Assembly: GCF_032191835.1 (NCBI RefSeq)
Contig: NC_083235.1
Coordinates: 18,104,001-18,168,000, forward strand
DNA: 64,000 nt
DNA from: Heteronotia binoei
Lineage: Eukaryota
Direction of reading: 5' to 3'
Shown: positions 35,901-47,334 of the stretch, in pieces
Layout: each line of letters begins with the position of its first letter
Position numbering within the stretch: the stretch's first letter is position 1
The notes under the pieces: generated by a model
Seen by the model: only the letters and a program-made list of their open reading frames with translations
Told to the model about the DNA's origin: nothing
Database searches by the model: none
Program-made: the position numbers and the translations under genes

Positions 35901-37364
35901 AAAACTAACTTACCTTTTTTCAGGAAGGAAAGAACCAGATAAAGACTTGGAAGTGATTGGATACACTTCAGAGATAAATTTTGGAGGTTTCTGCTCCAGG
36001 GCTGGTGTCCAGATCTTCAGACCATGAGACTTTGTTACATGTCATAGCTAATACTTATGGATAGATCCGTTTTATATGTTCTACACCGCTGTTAAAAATT
36101 ATCCTCTTTCTCTGCTTCTGAAATTTCAGGAGTTCCTGTCAGAGAAGCTGATTTCCTTTTGCCCTAAGAGGGTACCAGCCTTGCTATCATAGAATATTGG
36201 CCCTATTGTGGTTCTACAAGACTTGGGGTTTCCTTCCCCCTCCCCCACCCTTACAGCTATTCACATGAATGTGTTCCACTACTGTATGAGTTTTTCTTTG
36301 ACCTGGCACTTTGGTGCAAACAGTTGCAGGGATAGTGTTGTGGTGAAACTCCATCATAAAAGGACTGCAGAATGTTTCTGTCAATCTTCAAAACCAACAA
36401 GGTCAGTGGTTTCGTTATAATAATCAAATGTCAACAGTATTTAGAAATAGACATCGAAAACATGTGAATATCCAGAGGAATCTTAGGATAGGGGGATGTA
36501 GTCAAATTGGACACTTTGGACTGTCTGATCCAAGTGCTGTGGAAAGAGACTTCATCTCTGCTCTTGGTGGATGCCTGTTTCTTCAGGTTGACCAGTGTGG
36601 GGAACAGCCTTAGAATCATAGAATTGGAAGGGACTTCCAGGGTCATCTAGTTCACCGTCCAACCCCATGCAAAATTCAGGAAATTCACAAATGCCTTTCC
36701 CACACACCCCCAGTGACACCTGCTCCGTGGCCAGACTCATGCCCAGTCTTGATCAAAAGCTTAGTAAATGTTTTGATGTGGAGCAAGAGACCAAGAAAGA
36801 GCTGCCAAGTTAGCTGCTAAGTTTCCCTGAAGCCAGGGCAGAAGGGCACAAGATCAGTGAACCCATTGGTTAGGCTATCGGGGTGCTAGCTCTCATCTAC
36901 CTATAACAATTCATTATTAATAATCAGTTAAAATAATTAATGAAGCCTTCATTAATCCAGTTGTGGTGTTTAAGTCTTTCTTTTGTGGTAGGGGATCCAT
37001 TAGTTTGCAATGCGGTCATGAAAAACAGATAAGTGCAAGTGTGCAAAATCGCTAAATATCATGTGTTGCTTTTTTAAACATATAACAGGGGTCACACAGA
37101 TTCTCAGTATTTTCTTAGACTGGAGGCGAATGTTTTTAATAAATAAAATAAGCGAGTTCCGCATTCATAGTCAATTGTGAATTAATTCATCTCACCACTT
37201 GGATGATAAAGCCAAATGTTAATTTTTCCTTAGGCATGGAGGGGGGTTGTTTTGAGGCAACAGCTTTGCTCGTAGCAGGACTTTTATCTAATTTTGAAAG
37301 TATTTGGCAACAAATAAATGACGTGAGAGCCCGTTGCTTGAGACCAAGCAACTGATTCAGCATT

Positions 37365-37650
37365 CTGGTTCTGGTTTTTATCTCCAAGGCCCTACGTGGT
37401 CCAAGGCCAATGTACCTCTGGGACCGCCTCTCCCAGTATGTCTCCCAAAGAGCTTTACACTCAGAAGATCAGGATTTATTGGTAGTCCTTGGTCCAAAAG
37501 ATGTCAAGCTGTCCTTGATCAGAACCAGGACCCTGGCTCCTGCCTGGTGGAACTCTCTGCCTAGTAACATCCATGTCCTGCGGGACATTGAACAGTTAAG
37601 CAGGGCATGCAAGACAGATGTTCCACCATGCCTATGATTGAGGACAGCAA
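37365..37650 (+). mobile_element. L2 ORF2 3' fragment, paralogous to 2690-2990
   Basis: Same start and end and same downstream flank as the copy upstream of OR-A. Confidence 0.75.
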
Positions 37651-37875
37651 TCCCCCCTCCCAATCGCAACTGGCCCATGTTCTACCTATTTCAGATGGAA
37701 AGAAACACACCAACCATCAATGATTATATTATAATGATTTTATTCTGGAATCGATTAACTGATATTTCGATTAATTTGTTGTACACCTAATGTACACCAC
37801 CCTGAGCTTTTCAGGGGAGGGGGGTTTATAAATTAATAAGTATAAATAAGCGATAAGGCAGCTCTGTGTATCAGA

Positions 37876-38086
37876 CTGACCTGGATAGCCCAGGCTAGCC
37901 CAATCTTGTCAGATCTCAGAAGCTAAGCACGGCTATCAAAGCTAGTATTGGATGGGAGACCTCCAAGGAAGACCAGGATCATGGTGTGGAGGCATATAGT
38001 GGCGAACCACCTCTGAACATCTCTTGCCTTGAAAACCCTACGAGGTCACCATAAATCACTTGTGACTTGATGGCACTTTCCACCAC
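37876..38086 (+). mobile_element. 5S-Sauria-like SINE, paralogous to 3606-3776
   Basis: cccaatcttgtcagatctcagaagctaagc...gtattggatgggagacc (5S boxes) plus a Sauria tail. Confidence 0.8.
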
Positions 38087-38168
38087 CGTGTCAGAATGAC
38101 ATCTGTTATGGTATTATTGGATTCACATAATGCATCTCTCAAGAAGCCATGTCCTTCATCCTTAAGTC

Positions 38169-38336
38169 CAGGGCTCTTTTTCTAGCAGGAGCTCCTCTGA
38201 ATATTGGGCCATGCCCCCCTGATATAGTCACTCCTCTGAGAGTTTAAAGGGCCTACTGTAAGGTCCAGAAAGACTGGCTACATTAGGGGGACATGGCCTA
38301 ATATCCAGAGTAGCTCCTGCTAGAAAAAGAGCCCTT
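38169..38336. mobile_element. hAT-type MITE (168 bp)
   Basis: TIR cagggctctttttctagcaggagct / agctcctgctagaaaaagagccctt; 8-bp TSD CTTAAGTC (38161-38168, 38337-38344); empty site in the OR-A paralog at ~3860. Confidence 0.85.
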
Positions 38337-38561
38337 CTTAAGTCTAATTTGCAACTGAAATTTTATTTTTAAAGAGAACCCAAACTTGACTGACTCCTAG
38401 AACCACACAACAGCTGTGAGATATATCACTTTTAAAATAAGGGAGAACCTAATTTGACTCAGAACTGTGATGGAAGACCTTCCTCCCATGCCACCAATTT
38501 CTTAAGGCAAAATATCTCCCTGCATTTTTCAGCTGGAGCTACCAGCAGTGAAGAAACAAGA

Positions 38562-38607
38562 ATGGCTGCACCAGGAGGCAGAAAGAATGCAGAAGAACAG
38601 ATGCAAG
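38562..38607 (+). CDS. Predicted upstream coding mini-exon of OR-C (MAAPGGRKNAEEQMQ + G, phase 1)
   Basis: Acceptor tttttcAG at 38531-38532, Kozak agaATGG, donor CAAG|GTGAAT at 38608; in frame with the acceptor at 40318-40319. Confidence 0.6.
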
Positions 38608-38834
38608 GTGAATTTTTTATTATTATTAAAAATATTTATTAAGGTGGAAACTGGATAACTTTGGAAATGATCCCCTGACAAAGTGAATTGTGAAACATGT
38701 AGGGATCCAGAAGAACTTAATCAATATTTTTTCACCTTGCACCTGTTCTTCAAGATCCTTTCAGCTGGGGCTATCCATGCCTGGCTATTTTTTAAAAAGT
38801 ATCATCTAATTTGACTCCCGCTCTACATTCATTA

Positions 38835-39146
38835 GCGGTCCCGTGACGCAGAGTGGTAAAGCAGAAGTACTGAAGTACTGTGATCTGAATTCTCTGCTCA
38901 CGACCTGAGATTGATTCCGGCGGAAGCTGGATTCAGGTAGCCGGCCCAAGGTCGACTCAGCCTTCCATCCTTCCGAGGTCGGTAAAATGAGTACCCAGCT
39001 TGCTGGGGGGAAAGCGTAAAAGACTGGGGAAGGCAATGGCAAACCACCACGTAAAAAGTCTGCTGTGAAAACGTTGTGAAAGCAACATCACCCCAGAGTC
39101 GGAAACGACTGGTGCTTGCACAGGGGACCTCTCCTTTTTCCTTTTC
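38835..39146 (+). mobile_element. Full-length Sauria SINE
   Basis: tRNA-like head gtgacgcagagtggtaaag, core gactcagccttccatccttccgaggtcggtaaaatgagtacccagc, BovB-like tail; 12-bp TSD ctacattcatta (38823-38834, 39147-39158). Confidence 0.9.
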
Positions 39147-39226
39147 CTACATTCATTAAGTCTACTTAAGTCAACATTCAATTATTATTTTTTCTTCTGC
39201 GCTTGAAACAGAATTAACTTAATCAG

Positions 39227-39831
39227 AGGAAATGTGGAGAAATTGGAACTTTCAGTCACATGTGGTGGGATTGTCCCTTAGTGAAAAAATTCTGGATGCA
39301 GGTTGGCATAGAGATGACAAAGATTATGGGATGGAAAATAAGTATATCCAAAGCAATGGCAATTATTAATTTGGATGGTGTGGGATTAAGATTAAAAGAG
39401 GATAGTAAATGGATTAATTTGATGTTAGTAGCAGCAAGACAAGTGATAGCAAGGAATTGGAAAGAAGCTGAGGAATTGACAATTAATCACTGGAGGGATA
39501 GAATGAATAGTATAATTATTTTGGAGTATTTAACGATGAAGATACGAAGAATGAATGGATTAAAGGTTAGGGAACAGGAGGAGGGATGGTTTAGGAAGAT
39601 GGTGAGATATTTGGAAAAGTTTAAACAATTTAAGACGATTGGTTGGTTAATAAGAAAATGAATGGATAAGATGTTTAAATAGAGTGACGGAGTTGTATTT
39701 GGACGGAATGTTAATAGTTATAAATTTATGGAATATTATAATGTATCTATGGCCTGGGACTCTCACAGAGGTGGATTGGTGGTGGAATACATAACAATAA
39801 AAAATTTTATTAAAAAAAAAAAAAAAAAAAA
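39227..39831 (+). mobile_element. L1-clade LINE 3' end with poly(A)
   Basis: HMWWDCPLVKKFW and LVAARQVIARNWK are L1 ORF2 C-terminal cysteine-rich motifs; 20-nt poly(A) at 39812-39831; absent from the OR-A paralog. Confidence 0.85.
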
Positions 39832-40324
39832 CAATTTAATTCACCCTCAATGAAAAATGTTGTATGATTTTCTTCAATGATGCAATTGCAGAGTCAACAA
39901 AGAGCACATATAAACATTGTTCCAATATTGTACAAATTAAACTATTAGATCAGTGGAAAACACTCAAAATAAAAAGTGGCATATTTGAAACAAATTACTC
40001 ATTTTCATCTGAAAACAGATTTCCTTCCCACTGCAATTTAATTTCTTCTTTCTCCAGAGTTGCAGATAACTGTGGGTAAAATCAAATTCATTTAGTAAAG
40101 TATGGTAAGTTGTGAACTGGACCAATTTTGTGGTTGAGATTTAAAGGCATACAATATACATTGTGAGCATATTCAGTCCACTCTGGGTCCAACTCCACTC
40201 TGGGTCCAAGATATTTATCTGAATGTCCATTTGGACATTTAATCAAAGGATGCACTGACATGTTTACAAGATGGAATTTCATACAGATATTACTATGATT
40301 CTCCATTTCCCTTCTACAGGAAAC

Positions 40325-41260
40325 ATGGAAGACTGGGATAATGGAACCACTGTGACTGAGTTTGTACTCATGGGCTTTCCCAGACAGCTCCACATGCGCA
40401 TTGCAATGTTTGTCCTCTTCTTAGCCATGTATACAGTCACCATAGTTGGGAACGGTCTCGTTGTATTATTGATTGTGGTGGATTCTCATCTCCACACACC
40501 CATGTATTTCTTCCTTTGCAACCTCTCCTTTATCGATGTCTGCTATGTCTCTACCTATGTCCCACAGGTTCTGGCAGATAGCTTCAAAGACAAAGCTGTT
40601 ATACCTTGGGGTAGGTGTTCTGCACAAATGAGTGTCGGCCTTTTTCTGGGAGTGTCTGAATATCTCTTACTAGCTGTCATGGCTTATGACCGCTTTGTGG
40701 CCATATGCAGCCCATTGCACTATAATGTAATCATGAGCCAGAAGCTGTGCATCATACTGGCACTCGGCCTGTGGTGCGGCTCTTTCTTCTTGACCATTGT
40801 ATCCTTTTATAGCATGCTGGCACAGTTGTGTGGCCACAACACGGTAAATCATTTTACATGTGAGCTCCAAGCAGTGTTGAAATTCGCTTGCTCTGACACT
40901 AAAGCCAGTGGACTTAACATGCTGATAACGAGCGTCTTCACTCTTCTGTTCCCCTTTGCCTTCATCCTGCTGACCTATGGGCGCATTGGTCTGGCTGTCC
41001 TGCGCATCCGCTCAGCTGAAGGCCGGGGCAAAGCTTTATCCACCTGTGGCTCTCATCTGGTTGTCGTGAGCATCTTCTATGGCACTGCCATGGCCGCATT
41101 CCTGAGGCCTCAGGCCAAGACTTTCACAGATAGTGAAAAAATAGTGTCTATCTTTTATGGGATTGTGACCCCAATGCTCAACCCCTTGATCTACAGTCTG
41201 AGAAACAGAGATGTGAAGGGAGCCTTTTGGCGGCTGATCAGAAGGGAAACAGAGAAGTAA
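40325..41260 (+). CDS. OR-C: intact class II olfactory receptor, 311 aa from ATG 40325; 328 aa if spliced; paralog of OR-A
   Basis: All canonical OR motifs; acceptor cttctacAG at 40318-40319; AATAAA at 41405-41410. Confidence 0.96.
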   Translation: MEDWDNGTTVTEFVLMGFPRQLHMRIAMFVLFLAMYTVTIVGNGLVVLLIVVDSHLHTPMYFFLCNLSFIDVCYVSTYVPQVLADSFKDKAVIPWGRCSAQMSVGLFLGVSEYLLLAVMAYDRFVAICSPLHYNVIMSQKLCIILALGLWCGSFFLTIVSFYSMLAQLCGHNTVNHFTCELQAVLKFACSDTKASGLNMLITSVFTLLFPFAFILLTYGRIGLAVLRIRSAEGRGKALSTCGSHLVVVSIFYGTAMAAFLRPQAKTFTDSEKIVSIFYGIVTPMLNPLIYSLRNRDVKGAFWRLIRRETEK

Positions 41261-41519
41261 ACCACTTCAGACTCAGCGTCCCTACTGATATCTTTTCAGC
41301 ATGAATATGTCTAGCAGGTTTCCATGATCCTGTATGCTACTTCTATTGATTTCAACATTGTATTTTGTTAATATCACAATATCATTATACATAATGTTTT
41401 GCATAATAAATAAATATATGAATGAAGCAAATAGGAGGCTTCCTTCTTTTTCTTAGTTAGAAGGCAAAAACCCTTTTGTTACCAATGTTTGTAATGACTT
41501 GGTTGACATTGCATTGGGG

Positions 41520-41704
41520 AAGGGCTTTTTTTGTAGCAGGAACTCCTTTGCATATTAGGCTACACTCCTCTGATGTAGCCAATCCTCCAAGAGTTTACAG
41601 GGCTCTTCTTACAGGGCCGACTGTAAGCTCTTGGAGGTTTGACTACATCAGGGGGTGTGGCCTAATATGCCAAGGATTTCCTGCTACAAAAAAAAAAGTC
41701 CTGC
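41520..41704. mobile_element. hAT-type MITE, same family as 38169-38336 (partial relatives at ~42625-42793)
   Basis: agggcttttttgtagcaggaactcc ... ttcctgctacaaaaaaaaagtcctg inverted ends. Confidence 0.7.
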
Positions 41705-44177
41705 ATTCGGTCATACTGAGAGACCTAAAGTTACCCCAAGCCAGGAATATTTTTGCAAGATTTCTCCAACTTTTAAATATCAGTCAAGTGAGTCAAACTT
41801 TATTATGGGTTATAAGCCATACAAAATCAGAACCCCCCCCCCCCAATATTAATTACTTACATCAAATCTCTACATATATCATTTTCCCTAGAATATCTAA
41901 TAATGTAAGGGTTGACTCAGATTCTGAGTAAATTATACACAAGATATTATCTTGGCCCATATTTTCATTGAAGATAGCAGAAATTTAGCTACAGATAAGA
42001 GTAATCCTTTGGTCAATACAATAATCCTTTGGTTAGCGCATCTGCTCAAACAACATGCATATTGACGTGGAATCGTTGGAGCTAAATTGAAAAGACATAA
42101 AGACACTTGGTGGGCTGTAGCTGAAGTTTCTTGAAAATCAATATCCTTCATACAGTCATTGATTGCTAAAATAGCTACACTTTGCACAACTGAATTTTTT
42201 AAAAGCAAGGGAAAGACCCAATATGGTGAATTTCTCATCTATTGGGTTAAGTGGATACAGTATCAGAATTAGATATTAGGCTACTAGAAAATTGATCCTT
42301 TTGTTGATGAACAAAAGTCAGATTCTGATTATAAGCGCTTAGTGGCCAGGCCAAATTTACCAGTGGTGTGATATCTATTTTACCTTTGGTTTGTAATGAC
42401 CTATGGCTAAATACAAATACATGCTTTCACCAAAGCAACCAAGGTCATAACATTTCAGAGTGTCCCAGGGTCTTGTCTTCTATTATGTATAGTTATCAAA
42501 AACCAAATAGTCCTCTAACACAAATATTGAGACAGTTTCTCTTTGCAGTAAAAAAAAAAAAAACCTTTCAAGCATGTGCACTTTCATCAATGATAAAACT
42601 AAAAATGAGAAAATAATAAATCCCGCATCCATTTAGCTTGGCTTGGCTTCAGGGGGTATGACCTAATATGCAGATTAGTCCCTGATGGGCTTTTTCTACA
42701 AAAAAAGCCTGTGTGGAAACAATGGTGATGTGGAGGTGTGGCCTAATATACAAATGAGTTCCTGCTGGGCTTTTTCTACAAAAAAAGTCCTGCTCTCAAT
42801 AGATCATGATTCTACATACCAATGGTTATTCATATTTGTTTATTTATTAAAACATTTATATCTTGACTTTGTTCTTGGTTCAAGGTGGCTTACAATGGTT
42901 CACAAAACATCCACAGGTATCATTGCTTTCATTTAATCACTGAGGACAACTGTGAATATCTGCCAACATACGCACTTACTTCTTCTTGGAGCCCATGTAC
43001 TCCTCCCCCAAAGTGTGCCTTTCCTATATTAAAAAGCAGAGTCCCAGCTTGCCCCCCCAGTCGGAAGAACGAGACAACACAGGTATATGGATATAAAACA
43101 GGGCAACTTTATTGAACCAACAGCCTGGGGCAACCTAACAACTAACTGGACAGGCTAAGGGAAAACACCCAATCCCTTCCCTGTCCGGATGGGGCGAGCC
43201 ACCCGGCCCCCAGCAGCAGCCATTATGAAACAGCTGCGACCAGGCAGGCAGAGGCCGGGTATCCCCTCAACTGGCCATGCCGCCCACCCAGGAACGGCAT
43301 GCCAGATGAGGTAACCCTGTAGCGGGAAAGACAGCAGAGAGCCGTACAGCCCCGCTGCCGTCCGCCCCCCGCTACTTCCCTTAAACCAGGAAAACCGTGG
43401 GTGCCCACCAAATGCGAACTTGACTTCAAGTCCCGCCATATAAAGTTACCTAAAATAAATAACCCAACCTAAAAGCAACAGTACAAGGTAGGCGAAAAAA
43501 TCCCAACCTATGGCCAATTAGTTGATATGAAAAAATTCCTACCTGGCCCCGAAAATATGGCGACCGGAGGAGCCTGTACTATTACAGGGAGGGAGGGAGG
43601 GCCAAAACGGCCAGCAGAACTGCGTGGCCTCGGGCGTGGCCGGGCTTATAAAGCCCCTCCAGACCACGCCCGATGCTTCCCCAGATGAAGAGGCCGTTGC
43701 CTTGCTCCATCCGGGGAGGCAAACTCGGCCCCCGCCCTAGAGCCGCCTGAAGTCGGCGCGGGCAGGAAGGGGCCGGATTGCCCCCCCAGTCGGAAGAACG
43801 AGACAACACAGGTATATGGATATAAAACAGGGCAACTTTATTGAACCAACAGCCTGGGGCAACCTAACAACTAACCGGACAGGCTAAGAGAAAGCATCCA
43901 ATCCCTTCCCTGTCCGGAAGGGGCAAGCCACCCGGCCCCCAGCAGCAGCCGTTATGAAACAGCTGCAACCAGGCCGGGTATCCCCTCAACTGGCCATGCC
44001 ACCCACCCAGGAACGGCCTGCCAGATGAGGTAACCCTGTAGCGGGAAAGACAGCAGAGAGCCGTACAGCCCCGCTGCCATCCGCCCCCCGCTACTTCCCT
44101 TAAACCGGGAAAACCGTGGGTGCCCAACAAATGCGAACCTGACTTCAAGTCCCGCCACCACAATGCCAAGCCTCTGC

Positions 44178-44819
44178 TTAGGCAATTGGGCCCACCGACT
44201 GGCCTAAAGCCAGCCGAAGCCCCAGCTGCAGGTCAAGCAAGAACGCCCTGTTACCCGCTACGGACAGGTGGACACCGTCCTGCCGATACAGGTCAGCCCT
44301 ATCCGACCTTATAACCGGGTGTGGCAAATAAATGCCAAGGCCGCCGGAGAGCGCTTTCCTGATTGCCCTCTTGGCCTTGCGTCGAGCTCTCTCAACCCCT
44401 GCGGGGTTCCAAGCAGCTCTCCACACCCGACGGGGAAGGATGGCTGACCAAATAATTAGCACCTCGGACCACCTGCTCCGTATCACCCGGAGGTCTTCAA
44501 TCGCCTGCAGTGACAGGGCCTGGACCTGTACCAAGCCAAGATCGTTACCCCCAAGGTGTATCACAAGGATCTGAGGCGGAGGACTGTTCCTCCCCTGAAA
44601 CAACAGAATCAGGAGGCCATCCCAACGCAGGCCCCGGTGCCCCTGCCATTCAACTACTGCCCGCTCGCTGAGGCCCAGCTGCGAAACGATGGGCGAACGA
44701 CGAGCCTGGTAGGCAGCCCAAAAAATCATGCTGTGGCCGGCGATCAAGATCCTCTTTCTCTCGCCCCACGCCACAGCACCTGAAAAAGAAAGAACAAAGT
44801 AACCAAAAGTGAAGAACAA
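44178..44819 (-). CDS. SGNH/GDSL-type hydrolase ORF of the Ngaro element
   Basis: ILIAGHSMIFWA (block I), VIHLGGNDL (block III), DGVHLS (DxxH block V); open for 213 codons immediately after the YR stop. Confidence 0.8.
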   Translation of the reverse strand: MFFTFGYFVLSFSGAVAWGERKRILIAGHSMIFWAAYQARRSPIVSQLGLSERAVVEWQGHRGLRWDGLLILLFQGRNSPPPQILVIHLGGNDLGLVQVQALSLQAIEDLRVIRSRWSEVLIIWSAILPRRVWRAAWNPAGVERARRKAKRAIRKALSGGLGIYLPHPVIRSDRADLYRQDGVHLSVAGNRAFLLDLQLGLRLALGQSVGPIA

Positions 44820-45790
44820 CTAACGCCCGCACTGGGGAATGGGGAGGACGAAGCTCTTGTATGCCGCGGACCTCCATTGCCCCATGTGCTGAATGGCAGG
44901 TCCCAGATACCCCATGGCAGCAGCAGTAGATGCCGCTCCGATACGAAAGGAATGGGTCCCGAACTGAACACCACCGAGGCCAAGCTTCTCCAAGGCACGG
45001 CTGGTTATAGACCAGAATTGAAATTTGGTCAATGGCGACCCATCCTTGTGACAAAATAAAGGACCCACATCAACCCCCCTAACAGCGATGTAGTCTTTCA
45101 GTGCGACCACCAGACAAATATCCCAATCCTGACATGAGCCCAAGATAATACACGTACCTCGCTGCCTCTGGTCGGTCTTGGACTTGTGGATCGTAATGAC
45201 TACGCGGTCCCCCTGAATTTTCAAGTCACCAGACTGCAGGGCCCGCCCCGAACGATCCTCCCATGAGCTGACAACCAGCTCGCTGACCCTGAGCGCCCTG
45301 AAAAAGGCAGTCATTGCAGCCGCCTGAAATAGTACAGCTTCAAACCCAGAAAAACATCCTGAAGACCAAACCGCCTTCAAACCTTTCAGAACAACTGGAG
45401 AAAAGGGTTGCCATGTATCCGGCCGTGGCCCTTGCTCGCGGGCCCAACCCTCCAGCATCTTACGAAGTCTGAAATCGTCAGACCTATCAGGCAAACCTTT
45501 AACTTTAGAATTGAACGCAAGAACTGCTAACTTGGCTCTGATGGTCTTAACCACAAGCCCCTTACCTTTTAGGTGTACACAGAACTGCATAAGGTGAGGC
45601 CAGGTATAGGCCACCGGTTGGCCAACCCTACCTGTTCCCTAAAAACCTGGAACTGCTCAAAAGAGCGATCATAGGCCTTCTGGGTAGAAGGCGCCAAAGC
45701 CAGCATCATTGCCCAGTCGGCCTCGAGTCTCCAAGCCACCACATCTCTGGAGGCATCCGATCCGGCAGGAGGTCGGCCTCTGGTGTGAGA
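44820..45790 (-). pseudogene. Tyrosine recombinase of the Ngaro element (frameshifted)
   Basis: LAPSTQKAY N-terminus (ORF 45569-45844) shifts into 44820-45614 carrying ALRVSEL, KSKTDQ, HSFRIGAAS and GQWRSAAYKSFV. Confidence 0.88.
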
Positions 45791-47334
45791 AGACGAAATC
45801 GCTCCATCTGCCGATGAGACAAAGCATCCGCAACTCCATTGCACACACCGGGCACATGCTTAGCAAGAAATAGAATATTCAAACGTAAACAATGCAAAAC
45901 AAACGCCCTAACCAGGTGCATAACAGGAACCGATTTGGAAGACAGGGTGTTAATCACGTGAACGACAGCTAGATTGTCGCACCAAAAAATGGACAACGTG
46001 ATTAGCCAAGTCATCTCCCCATAACTGCACTGCTACAACTATGGAAAAAAATTCCAAAAAGGTCAAATTGCGGCAAAGGTTGCTGGTAAGCCACTCAGCA
46101 GGCCAACCCTCCGTGCACCAATGCCCACGGAAATAAACCCCAAAACCAATAGAACCGGCTGCATCAGATGCAATCTGGAGCTCGGCTTCGAGCTTCATAT
46201 CATCGCGCCAAAAGGACACCCCATTAAAGTCAACCAAAAAATGGTCCCAAACCTCCAGATCCTGCCTCATTCCGAGGGTGATCCTAACCCTGTGGTGGGG
46301 GCTACGTAACCCCGACATAGCGTCACACAGACGCCGTAAAAAGGCTCTACCAGGGGCCACAACCTTGCAGGCAAAGTTGAGGTGGCCGACGATTTGCTGG
46401 AGCTCCAAAAGAGTCAGCTTACGCTTAGCCTTCGCTGATATCAACGTCTGCCGTAACTTAAGGATCTTATCACTCGGCAACCTTGAAGCCTGCCGAACTC
46501 GATACCTAAAAAAGTCAACGTTGAAGCCGGACCTTCAGTTTTTTCGTGCGCAAGCGGGACACCCAATTCCTCAGCCAAATGCAGAAAGGAATGCAGCAGC
46601 TGGGCACATTGTCCCGACTCTCGCCGGCCCGTGAACAAAAAATCATCTAAATAATGAACCGTGTTGACGGAGCCGGCTCGCTCGCGCAGAGCCCACTCAA
46701 GGAAAGTGCTAAAACGCTCAAAAGCTGAACACGAGACAGCACACCCCATAGGTAAGGCCCAGTCCATATAAAACTTCCCCTCAAACATAAAACCAAGGAG
46801 CTCAAAATCGTGGGAGTGCACCGGCAGCAGGCGAAACGCAGACTTAATGTCTCATTTTGCCATTTCAGCCCCTACTCCACAACTCCGCACGATCCTGACT
46901 GCCTGGTCGAAGGAGGTATACAGGACTGTGCAAAGGGAGTCTGGAATAGCATCATTCACAGACCCGCCTTTTGGGTATGAAAGGTGGTGAATCAGGCGAA
47001 ACTCCCCCGGCGCTTTCTTGGGCACTACCCCCAATGGGGATACCCGCAAATTGTGAACCGGGGGTGAATCGAACGGGCCAAAAACCCGGCCTTCCCTGCA
47101 CTCTTTCTCAATCTTTTCTTTAACCACCTGTTCCATACCCAAAATGGAGCGCAGGTTTTTGGCCATACAGGGGCCCCTAGGCCCCTGAAATGGAATACGA
47201 AAACCGTAACTAAAACCGTCTAACAAGTAAACACGATCCCTCACTCTGGGGTAGCTAACCAACAGGTTCCTAAGAACTGCCACCTTGATGGGGCTGGGGC
47301 CCTTTGTTAACAGCCTGGGTGTTCCCGCCTCCAC
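45706..47334 (-). pseudogene. RT-RNase H of the Ngaro element (one nonsense, two frameshifts)
   Basis: VSPLGVVPKK, FRLIHHLSYP, AK*DIKSAFR, YLDDFLF, SDAAGSIGFG, CDNLAVV, KHVPGVCNGVADALS; TGA at 46852; frame changes near 46490 and 45985. Confidence 0.9.

Larger units (their letters stand above)
29979..37072 (+). repeat. Tandem unit copy III (diverges from copy II after ~34620)
   Basis: Near-identical to copy II up to ~34620, then a deletion and a different allele set; ends at atgtgttgcttt followed by unique sequence. Confidence 0.9.

Noticed and set aside
41850-42620. AT-rich unique stretch with a 101-aa minus ORF, possible DNA transposase relic
   Set aside because: No recognisable catalytic motif or TIRs.
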